A stretch of DNA of 64,000 nucleotides from positions 6,704 to 70,703 of the forward strand of contig CAJOEJ010000002.1 of the NCBI GenBank assembly GCA_905233375.1, written 5' to 3'. This document shows positions 57,012 through 64,000 of this stretch, piece after piece. The DNA is from Paludibacteraceae bacterium (lineage in GTDB: Bacteria > Bacteroidota > Bacteroidia > Bacteroidales > Paludibacteraceae). The notes under the pieces are model-generated. The model saw only the letters and a program-made list of their open reading frames with translations, made no database searches and was not told the DNA's origin. How positions within the stretch are numbered: the first letter of the stretch is position 1; each line of letters begins with the position of its first letter. A program made the position numbers and the translations under genes.

Positions 57012-59279
57012 ATGAAAATTACGTACAACAGATATTGTAAATGGATTCTACTGGCAGTATGGTCCATTGTCAATTGTCAATTATCAATTGCCCAAATCGG
57101 CATGCAGGAGTTGGCGGATTCGCTGACAGCCTACACGGGTTTCTCGCGTGTATGGTCTCCTGCCGTGCGTGTAAAAAACATGCGCGTCAACGGCAACGCG
57201 GTCACGCTGCGTACCAATGCCACGCTACGCGATATGCGGTGGACACCCGACAATGTGTCCGATATCAAACGCAAAGTGAGCCGCTGGGTGTTGGGGCATG
57301 AAAACGGCAAAGTAACGATTTTGAGTGCCAACACCAATATCGAGACCTTGGTCACCCAATGCGCCAAAGCAGCTGAGAACCCGCTACCGGGCAATAACCG
57401 GGCGGATCTGACGGATCGCCAGATTGTGATATACCCGAGTCACGGCTTGTATTACAACCGCAAGCGGGAGGAATGGATCTGGCAGCGGGCGACATTATGG
57501 ACGACCGTCGAAGACCTCTACAGCCAGGAATACGTGCGCCTTGTCAAACGAATGCTGGAGAATGCCGGAAGTACGGTTATCATGCCGCGCGCCGGATTGG
57601 AAGAGCAGACATTGGGCATTTCCGGTATGCCGCAATGGACCGAAGGGGCACGCTATTGGCTGATGAACCAGGGCGTGGACTCCACCCTTTGGGATTTGTA
57701 CGACGGCGACGAGTACAAGGATGATATGAAATGCCGCGCCATGTGGCTCAACGCCCTGGACACGCCGCCCGACCTCTGTATCGCACTGCACACCGACGGC
57801 TTGGACAGCGGAGATGACACAACGATTGTTGGCACTCTGGCGATCTATACCGCCAAGGACGATGACGGGCGGATGGTACTGCGGGACGGCAGAGACAGGG
57901 AACGAACCAACCGCAATCTGGCGGATTGGATTCAGACACAGGTGACCGAAGATCTGAAACATATCGCGCCCGAATGGACCAGACGACAACTCAAAGAAGC
58001 CAATTACTGCGAGAGCCGGGTACCCGTAGTGCCCAGTATGATTCTGGAACTGCTCAGCCATAAGAACATGGCGGATATGCGATACGGTCTCGACCCGGAC
58101 TTCCGTTTTGCGGCGTCACGGGCGGTGTACAAAGGGATCTTGCGCTACCTCAACGGCTCGTCCGCGGTCGTACAACCGTTGCCTGTGAAGGAACTGGCGA
58201 TTCACGAAGACGGTCTGCTGCAATGGGAACCGGCATTGGACAGCATCGAGCCCTCGGCACAACCGACGTATTACATGGTTTATACGCAGGAGAACGACGG
58301 CGAATGGGACGTGCAGCAGGTCGAGAACGCAACGCAGATTCGGCTGTCTGTGCCGCAAGGCGTGCAGTTTAACTGCTATGTAGTGGCAGGAAACGAAGGA
58401 GGGTTGAGTTTCCCGAGTCCGATGGTCAGTGCATATCTCCATGGCGACGACCGGAAAGTGCTGATCGTGGACGGGTTCAATGAGGTGTACGGACCCGATT
58501 GGTTCGCTGACAGCACGTTTGCCGGCATCGTTCCGGACACCTACGCCTGTGAGGACGCGTTCACATGCGCCTACATCGGTACGCAATGGAACTACAACCG
58601 CTCGTCCGAGTGGAAAGATGACGACAACTGCGGATGGGGAGCATGTTACCGGGATCATGCCGGAGAATTGATCATCGGCAACACGCACGACTATGCCGTC
58701 CAGCACGGGCATGTCCTGCGCAAGATGCGGGTCTCCTATGTCAGTTGTACGCCGGGAATGTTGGCATCGTATAGAAAAGACAATGCGCCCCAATGGGACT
58801 TTGCGTTGATAGACTATATCTGCGGACGAAACAAGCAACCGCTGAGCGGGGAGACAAAGAATATGCTGGCTGTTTATCTGGGGCAGGCAGGCAAACTGCT
58901 GTTGAGTTCCGATCACCTCAGTGCGTTAGAACCGGCATGGACCGCCAAATATCTGCATGCCTCCTATTATGCCGCGCAGGCGACGCATTCGGGACGGATC
59001 ACCACTCCGCGGCACAGGGTGTACCAACTGGCATTGGAACCGAATGTGGAACAACTCTTCACCTGTCATCCTGAAGCCCTCAAACCCGCAAACGGAGCCC
59101 TCAAGATGGCAACCTACGAAGATATGCGCTGCACTGCCGCCGTCGGTTTCCAATCAGCAATCACCAATAACCAATCACCAGTGACCTTGGTCTATGGTTT
59201 TCCCTTGGAAGCGGTAACGGACTTCGACAAGATATATCGTTTTTCTGTCAGATGGCTGCTCTTCCCGGATGGGGATTAA
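57012..59279 (+). CDS. secreted protein with N-terminal MurNAc-LAA (amidase_3)-like domain and large C-terminal region
   Basis: Signal peptide …KWILLAVWSIVNCQLSIAQ. Amidase_3-like pattern: …IVIYPSHGLYY…, …CIALHTDG…, …VPSMILELLSHKNMAD…. I prefer ATG 57012 to the ORF-track TTG at 57003. Confidence 0.6.
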   Translation: MKITYNRYCKWILLAVWSIVNCQLSIAQIGMQELADSLTAYTGFSRVWSPAVRVKNMRVNGNAVTLRTNATLRDMRWTPDNVSDIKRKVSRWVLGHENGKVTILSANTNIETLVTQCAKAAENPLPGNNRADLTDRQIVIYPSHGLYYNRKREEWIWQRATLWTTVEDLYSQEYVRLVKRMLENAGSTVIMPRAGLEEQTLGISGMPQWTEGARYWLMNQGVDSTLWDLYDGDEYKDDMKCRAMWLNALDTPPDLCIALHTDGLDSGDDTTIVGTLAIYTAKDDDGRMVLRDGRDRERTNRNLADWIQTQVTEDLKHIAPEWTRRQLKEANYCESRVPVVPSMILELLSHKNMADMRYGLDPDFRFAASRAVYKGILRYLNGSSAVVQPLPVKELAIHEDGLLQWEPALDSIEPSAQPTYYMVYTQENDGEWDVQQVENATQIRLSVPQGVQFNCYVVAGNEGGLSFPSPMVSAYLHGDDRKVLIVDGFNEVYGPDWFADSTFAGIVPDTYACEDAFTCAYIGTQWNYNRSSEWKDDDNCGWGACYRDHAGELIIGNTHDYAVQHGHVLRKMRVSYVSCTPGMLASYRKDNAPQWDFALIDYICGRNKQPLSGETKNMLAVYLGQAGKLLLSSDHLSALEPAWTAKYLHASYYAAQATHSGRITTPRHRVYQLALEPNVEQLFTCHPEALKPANGALKMATYEDMRCTAAVGFQSAITNNQSPVTLVYGFPLEAVTDFDKIYRFSVRWLLFPDGD
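57065..57090 (+). repeat. word array CATTGTCA ATTGTCA ATTATCA ATTG
   Basis: Encodes SIVNCQLSIAQ of the signal peptide of the 57012 gene. It is the reverse complement of the AATTGAC family. Confidence 0.8.
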
Positions 59280-60958
59280 CGTACTTCCACTCCCTGCACC
59301 GTATAGATTTTAACGTCCCGGTCACCGGTCTCTCCGCGTTGGATAAGCAATTGTCCTTCGCGGAGTATCTTTTTTAAAGTACCTCTCTCGGATTTCACTT
59401 CGTCAACTCCTTCCGCCCACATTTCACCCGGCATCGTCTGACCGCTTATCCGGTAATGGAGATAGCGTTCCAAGACGGTGTATCCTTCGCCGAACCTCCG
59501 GTTGTTATCCGGCACGTTTGGATCCAGACCCTGCTCCAACTCCCACTCGTCCGGCATGCCGTCCTGATCGGTATCTGGCAACGGATTCTCAACCGGGTAT
59601 TGAACAAAACCTTCGGCATCGGAAGGCGTGTCTATGATACCTTTCTTGTTGGATTTGCTACCCGTGTGCGTATAGGTATTGTCCCGCACCTCACGGATCA
59701 GACGTCTCTCGATGGTGTCACGCGGGAAGGCGCCAACGGTATCTAGCACGGTCTGACGAGCCTCTTCTGCGCTCTCGAACGAACCTGCTGCGTAGGCTAA
59801 TTCATCAAAATCATACAGACCTGAAAACGCTGTCGAGTCCGCATTACAATCCCAATACGGCGTCTTGGTTCGGATCAGGGTATCCACACGTGCCTCTTCT
59901 TTGGTGTATTTCTTGATAGTTACAGCACTCCAGTTGTCATCTGTCGCCGTTTGTACGCCTTCAAAGATATTTCCGTTTATATACCATTGGCTCGCGCCGT
60001 GACTCGTCGCACCGCTGCGTTTCTCATCCGCAACGACAAACAGCGGGGTGTTTGTCGTATTCGGACCCTTGATATAGTAGTTATTGATGAAATTGACCTC
60101 GTGAACGGAGTTCTTTCCGTTGTAATTCTTATCGTCGCAGGTGTTCTCACCCCCATGACAACCGCTACTTCCGCCATAGTAATTGAAGTTCACATTGTTG
60201 ATATAATCCAGATAGACCACGCGGTCGTTATTGCGCGCACCATTGAAACGGCACGAACGACCGTTGTTATGGGCTAACAGGTTATGGTGGTACGATGCGG
60301 GTGAACCGCCCCACTGACAGCCGTATCCCCGCGATCCTTTCGGGTGACCCGAGTCATACAAACCTTCGTGGACGATACAATACTGAACCGTGAAGAAGTG
60401 ACCGTCAAACGTATTGATATTCTCTTCTGCGGACCAACCGAAATCGCAGTGGTCAAGGATGAAATTCGAGCAATTCTCCGCACCGAACGCGTTCTCTTTA
60501 CAGAAATTACCCGCCGCGTCCTCGTTGCCTACTCGAAAGCGGATATTGCGGATGATAAAATTCTCCGACCCGCCGCAATTGACCTTGTTATGCGTGATGA
60601 CGATACCCAGACCCGGCGCGGTCTGACCGGCTATCGTATAATTCTTGCGGTTGATACGCAGATCCTTGACAAGCCGTATCTCGCCCGTCACCGCAAAGCA
60701 CACCGTGAGCGGCTCATCCGGATACTGCTTCATCGCCCAGCGCAACGAGCCCTCCGTCTCTCCGTTGGCATCGTCCTCAAGCGTGGTCACATAGACCACT
60801 TGTCCGCCTCGTCCGCCGGAGGTGTATTTGCCGAATCCCTCCGCGCCGGGAAACGCAAGCAGTTGGGCATGGACTACGGATAACGGACTACTGAATACTA
60901 AACCAAGGCAGCCAATTGCTGCCACAAGGAATCGTTGGGTACGGGAGCTGTGATGCAT
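59276..60958 (-). CDS. secreted pectate lyase (PL1-like right-handed beta-helix)
   Basis: 560 aa with a signal peptide, then …AFPGAEGFGKYTSGGRGGQVVYVTTLEDD… typical of pectate lyases. It also has a thrombospondin-type Ca-binding DTDQDGMPDEWE motif. The first 61 nt overlap the end of the upstream rluA-like gene. Confidence 0.82.
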   Translation of the reverse strand: MHHSSRTQRFLVAAIGCLGLVFSSPLSVVHAQLLAFPGAEGFGKYTSGGRGGQVVYVTTLEDDANGETEGSLRWAMKQYPDEPLTVCFAVTGEIRLVKDLRINRKNYTIAGQTAPGLGIVITHNKVNCGGSENFIIRNIRFRVGNEDAAGNFCKENAFGAENCSNFILDHCDFGWSAEENINTFDGHFFTVQYCIVHEGLYDSGHPKGSRGYGCQWGGSPASYHHNLLAHNNGRSCRFNGARNNDRVVYLDYINNVNFNYYGGSSGCHGGENTCDDKNYNGKNSVHEVNFINNYYIKGPNTTNTPLFVVADEKRSGATSHGASQWYINGNIFEGVQTATDDNWSAVTIKKYTKEEARVDTLIRTKTPYWDCNADSTAFSGLYDFDELAYAAGSFESAEEARQTVLDTVGAFPRDTIERRLIREVRDNTYTHTGSKSNKKGIIDTPSDAEGFVQYPVENPLPDTDQDGMPDEWELEQGLDPNVPDNNRRFGEGYTVLERYLHYRISGQTMPGEMWAEGVDEVKSERGTLKKILREGQLLIQRGETGDRDVKIYTVQGVEVR

Positions 60959-61662
60959 AATGGTATTTTGCTTACAGGGTGAATAAATTCTATTTGGCGG
61001 GCATGAAGCGAAATGCCTCCGTCGGGATTAGAGCGCTTGGCGCCGTATTTGAGGTCGCCCTTGACGGGACAGCCTATCGCCGCCAACTGGCAGCGTATCT
61101 GGTGGTGACGACCGGTCTCCAGGTTAATCTCCAAAAGGCTGTAGTTGTCTCCGCGAACGAGGGTCTTGTAACTTAGTATGGCAATCTTCGCCTCTTTGGC
61201 GTTGGGTCGGGCGATAAAACTCTTGTTGAGCGTCTCATTGCGTGTCAGGTAATTCTCCAGCCGCGCTTCAGGTACTTTGGGACATCCCTGCACAATCGCC
61301 CAATAGGTCTTTTTTATCGCCTTTGTCCCTTGTCCCTTGTCACTTGGTACTTTGTCACTTGGTACTTTGTCACTTGGTACTTGGTCACTTGGTACTTGGT
61401 CACTTGGTACTTTACTTCGGAACATCTCGTTCAGCCGTGTCAGGGCTTTGCTTGTACGGGCAAAGAGCACTACCCCGCTCGTCGGGCGGTCAAGACGGTG
61501 CGTCACGCCGAGGAACACCTCTCCGGGCTTGTTGTATTTCTCCTTGATATAGGCTTTCACAATCTCGCTCAGCGGAGTATCACCCGTCTTGTCCCCCTGC
61601 ACGATCTCGTTGCAGGTCTTGTTGACGGCTATAATATGGTTGTCTTCGTATAATACGGTCAT
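60898..61662 (-). CDS. RluA-family pseudouridine synthase carrying an in-frame VPSD(Q/K) pentapeptide repeat insert
   Basis: Catalytic motif HRLDRPTSGV, plus …KKTYWAIVQG… and …ETGRHHQIR…. Between …MFRSK and IKKTYW there are 5 tandem 15-bp units that encode VPSDQVPSDQVPSDKVPSDKVPSDKGQGTK. Confidence 0.85.
   Translation of the reverse strand: MTVLYEDNHIIAVNKTCNEIVQGDKTGDTPLSEIVKAYIKEKYNKPGEVFLGVTHRLDRPTSGVVLFARTSKALTRLNEMFRSKVPSDQVPSDQVPSDKVPSDKVPSDKGQGTKAIKKTYWAIVQGCPKVPEARLENYLTRNETLNKSFIARPNAKEAKIAILSYKTLVRGDNYSLLEINLETGRHHQIRCQLAAIGCPVKGDLKYGAKRSNPDGGISLHARQIEFIHPVSKIPLCITAPVPNDSLWQQLAALV
61321..61413 (-). repeat. tandem 15-bp repeat x5 (CACTTGGTACTT[T/G]GT) plus flanking TTGTCCC units, inside the rluA-like CDS
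   Basis: Read directly: units at 61341, 61356, 61371, 61386 and 61401. The words belong to the same family as the 28901-28980 array. Confidence 0.9.
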
Positions 61663-61687
61663 TTTGTCTTTCTATACCTTTCTGCTG

Positions 61688-61719
61688 CAAAGGTACTACA
61701 AAAATTTGATATATGCAAA
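61688..61719 (-). promoter_or_regulatory. sigma-A type promoter of the rluA-like gene
   Basis: On the minus strand: TTTG (61719-61716), 20 nt, TACCTTTG (61695-61688). The ATG at 61662 is 26 nt downstream. Confidence 0.6.
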
Positions 61720-61832
61720 TATTCGGGTATTTTTTCAGAATAAAAATGTAATTTTAAAACTCTTCGTTCATTTCCACCGGATTGTATCCGGCAATAACAT
61801 TGTGCATTTCGTACTCATGGTTGAGCGCGCTT

Positions 61833-61865
61833 CCTTTGTACATTGTACATTGTCCCTTTGTACAT
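61833..61865 (+). repeat. 33-nt repeat CCTTTGTACATTGTACATTGTCCCTTTGTACAT (copy 3 of 3)
   Basis: Intergenic copy, 10 nt upstream of 128-nt repeat copy B. It contains TACATTG words that are near-matches to the -7 box. Confidence 0.85.
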
Positions 61866-61875
61866 TAACTCATCG

Positions 61876-62003
61876 GGACAAGGTCGAGCCCGAATCCGAC
61901 CAAAGGATCGCCCAATGATCCCCCAAGGATTGCCCAAGGATGAGACTCAAAAATTTACAATTATGCACTTGTACTATATATATACTTTGTATATATATAC
62001 TTT
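61876..62003 (+). repeat. 128-nt dispersed repeat, copy B
   Basis: Same orientation and length as copy A. The 3' AT hairpin (61975-61999) is followed by CTTTTT. Confidence 0.8.
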
Positions 62004-62027
62004 TTATTGCAAAAAAACGCACAAAAA

Positions 62028-62059
62028 TTTGCACACGTCAATTATTTTTCGTATCTTTG
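62028..62059 (+). promoter_or_regulatory. sigma-A type promoter of the CarbopepD_reg gene
   Basis: TTTG (62028-62031), 20 nt, TATCTTTG (62052-62059). The ATG is at 62077. Confidence 0.6.
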
Positions 62060-62076
62060 CACCGTTTTTGGAAACG

Positions 62077-63357
62077 ATGAAGATAATTCGACTGGTATTA
62101 TGTCTTTTGGCGGTAGTGAGTTCACTGCCTTTTTACGGTGCGACGTACCGCGGGCGGGTCGTGGATGACAAAGGCGATCCGGTCGTGTATGCAACTGTTT
62201 ATCCGGAGATCATGCCGGAAGTGGGCACCGCCACGAACATGGACGGTTCGTTCTCCTTCGAGGCGAACCTGATGCCTGACAGCAAGGTCATTGTATCGTT
62301 TATCGGCTATGCCAAGATACGTATGAACGCGGCTCCCCTGAAAGCGGAAGGAGACAGCCTCGTGACGATCACGCTCCACGAGCAGCCTATCGCTTTAGAG
62401 GAAATGGTCATCTCCGCGAAGCCGTCCAAGCAGCGCAACAAACGCAAGCAGATGGCATCGCTGTTACAAGCCGTTCACGAGCAGTTGGAGCGCGATTTCA
62501 GCGATGCCAACGCGCGTTACAAGGTCGTTAGCGACGTACGCATGCAGAGCGACGGCGCCACCTGGGGCATGGAGCAGCTGATTGCCGACATCGTTGTCCA
62601 GCCGCACAAAGGGCACGAGGGACGCGACTCCGTCCAGCTGAAAGGATTATACTGCAAGCGTTTCTTCGACGCGCGCAAACGCAGCGAAGCCGATTCGATG
62701 CTTGCGACCGAAGCCATCGAGCGGATGGAGAAAGGCAGCAAGCAGAAGTTCATGCGCAAGGCGATCAATGCCGTTGACTCCGGCGTTATCGTACACCGGA
62801 CGCTGTTTGCGCTGGGTAACATCCGGTACGACTTCGAGAAAGCCATGGGCGATTTAAGGCACTGGAGTGTGAGCAACGAGTCCGAAGGCGAGACGGTCCT
62901 GACGCATACCGAGAAAACGAGCAAGTACTTAGGCTGTTTCCAAGTGGTTATACAGCGCCATTATATCCTGGATTCGTACACGTACACCGTGTTACGTTTT
63001 TCGGAGCACGCGGATGTCAAGATCACCATTCCATTCGGCGTCAAACTGAATGCGGACCAGTTGCAAATGCTCAACATCATCAACATGAACGAGCAACAGA
63101 TCAGCAAGTTCCGATTGAAGAAAATGCGCGGATCCATCGACTATAACACGCTGTACCAGCGTCAGGACGGACACCTGTATATTCAGGAGAAGAACATGCT
63201 CACGCACGCGTTCATCATCGGGAGCAAGAAAGCGGAGATCCCCATTGTCATCAAAGCGACCCAGCGCGTCACTTCGCTGAAGACACAGGACGTACAACCG
63301 CTCCAGCGCTCACAGATGACACGGCGGATCCAACGGGAGATCGTGGAGATATATTAA
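62077..63357 (+). CDS. secreted carboxypeptidase-regulatory-like (CarbopepD_reg) domain protein
   Basis: Signal peptide MKIIRLVLCLLAVVSSLPFYGA, then …YRGRVVDDKGDPVVYATVY…GTATNMDGSFSF…. The ORF-track start (61843) would read through a repeat element and a promoter, so I use ATG 62077, 18 nt after a TATCTTTG box. Confidence 0.75.
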   Translation: MKIIRLVLCLLAVVSSLPFYGATYRGRVVDDKGDPVVYATVYPEIMPEVGTATNMDGSFSFEANLMPDSKVIVSFIGYAKIRMNAAPLKAEGDSLVTITLHEQPIALEEMVISAKPSKQRNKRKQMASLLQAVHEQLERDFSDANARYKVVSDVRMQSDGATWGMEQLIADIVVQPHKGHEGRDSVQLKGLYCKRFFDARKRSEADSMLATEAIERMEKGSKQKFMRKAINAVDSGVIVHRTLFALGNIRYDFEKAMGDLRHWSVSNESEGETVLTHTEKTSKYLGCFQVVIQRHYILDSYTYTVLRFSEHADVKITIPFGVKLNADQLQMLNIINMNEQQISKFRLKKMRGSIDYNTLYQRQDGHLYIQEKNMLTHAFIIGSKKAEIPIVIKATQRVTSLKTQDVQPLQRSQMTRRIQREIVEIY

Positions 63358-63366
63358 ACAGGAAAA

Positions 63367-64000
63367 ATGAAGATCGCATTCTATACATTGGGTTGCAAAT
63401 TGAATTTTGCGGAGACGAGTTCATTAGGACGCGCGTTGATGGAACGCGGACATACCCGTGCGAAGAAAGACGAGCAGGCGGATATATGCATCATCAACAC
63501 CTGTTCCGTGACCGATACCGCCGACCATAAAGACCGTCAGATCATCCACCGTCTTCACCGCCAGCACCCGGGCGCTATCCTGATTGTCACGGGTTGCTAC
63601 GCGCAGCTCAAGCCCGATGAAATCGCACATATAGAGGGGGTCGATTATGTATTGGGTCAGAACGAGAAATTCCATCTGCCGGAGTTCATCGCGCAGATCG
63701 AGCAATCCGTTTCCCGCCGTCAGACCTCCGTGGTACACACCTCCCCTATCCGTGAGAGCGATGATTTCTACGGCGCTTACAGCCATGACGACCGCACACG
63801 GTGCTTCATCAAGATCCAAGACGGATGCAACTATTTCTGCAGTTACTGCACTATTCCGTTAGCGCGCGGCAAGAGCCGTAATCCGTCCATCGACACGATC
63901 GTGCAAGAAGCGACACAGGCGCTGCAAGGCGGAGCGAAAGAGCTGATACTGAGCGGTGTGAACATAGGGGATTTCGGTCATTCGACCCACGAGCGGTTCA
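63367..64000 (+). CDS. mtaB: tRNA (t6A37) methylthiotransferase MtaB, N-terminal part (3' end off window)
   Basis: Not in the ORF track because it is open at the edge. My translation reads MKIAFYTLGCKLNFAETSSLGRAL…ICIINTCSVT… (MTTase N domain) and radical-SAM IQDGCNYFCSYCTIPLARGKSR. Confidence 0.85.
   Translation, partial: MKIAFYTLGCKLNFAETSSLGRALMERGHTRAKKDEQADICIINTCSVTDTADHKDRQIIHRLHRQHPGAILIVTGCYAQLKPDEIAHIEGVDYVLGQNEKFHLPEFIAQIEQSVSRRQTSVVHTSPIRESDDFYGAYSHDDRTRCFIKIQDGCNYFCSYCTIPLARGKSRNPSIDTIVQEATQALQGGAKELILSGVNIGDFGHSTHERF

Overview
The window looks like a Bacteroidales (phylum Bacteroidota) chromosome segment. Support: canonical Bacteroidetes sigma-A promoters (TTTG, then 20 nt, then TAnnTTTG) sit in front of many genes. 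No Shine-Dalgarno sequences are evident. The gene content is typical (Na+-pumping methylmalonyl-CoA decarboxylase operon, DUF2723, DUF4835-recN, OmpA/TPR/PD40 lipoprotein).

I call 47 protein genes. Most are core housekeeping genes:
- mce-mmdADCB, gltX, gdhA, lysS, gpsA, pgi, thyA-folA, tex, ettA, tilS, aroE, recN, rarA, hemW, PBP1A, mtaB
- an efflux cluster (MATE + RND adaptor + RND pump)
- a Na/Pi symporter
- a His-rich COG0523 metallochaperone
- a run of secreted proteins, a pectate lyase and an RluA-type pseudouridine synthase

I recognised no rRNA, tRNA, CRISPR array, transposase or integrase.

Four things are worth a second look:
1. An AT-rich accessory islet at about 18.45-21.47 kb, between gdhA and a receiver/ATP-grasp gene. 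It holds a GmrSD/BrxU-like DUF262-DUF1524 nuclease, an overlapping 46-aa micro-ORF and a RhuM-family gene. Overlapping stop/start codons chain all of them together.
2. A 128-nt dispersed repeat present twice (32556-32683 and 61876-62003). Each copy follows a promoter-like sequence and ends in an AT-hairpin/T-tract terminator-like structure, so it is a candidate paralogous small RNA.
3. A pervasive family of 7-8 nt 'word' tandem repeats at gene boundaries. They fill whole intergenic spacers. They supply TTG start codons and encode signal-peptide cores of three to four secreted proteins. They form an inverted pair upstream of ettA. They have expanded in frame (15 bp x5, VPSD[QK] repeats) inside the RluA-type gene.
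4. Unusual domain fusions: basic N-domain + ElaA-type GNAT, ScdA/hemerythrin-like + LuxR HTH, and pseudo-receiver + receiver + PPDK_N without a swivel-His motif.

All functional calls rest on my reading of motifs in the translated ORFs. No database search was run.
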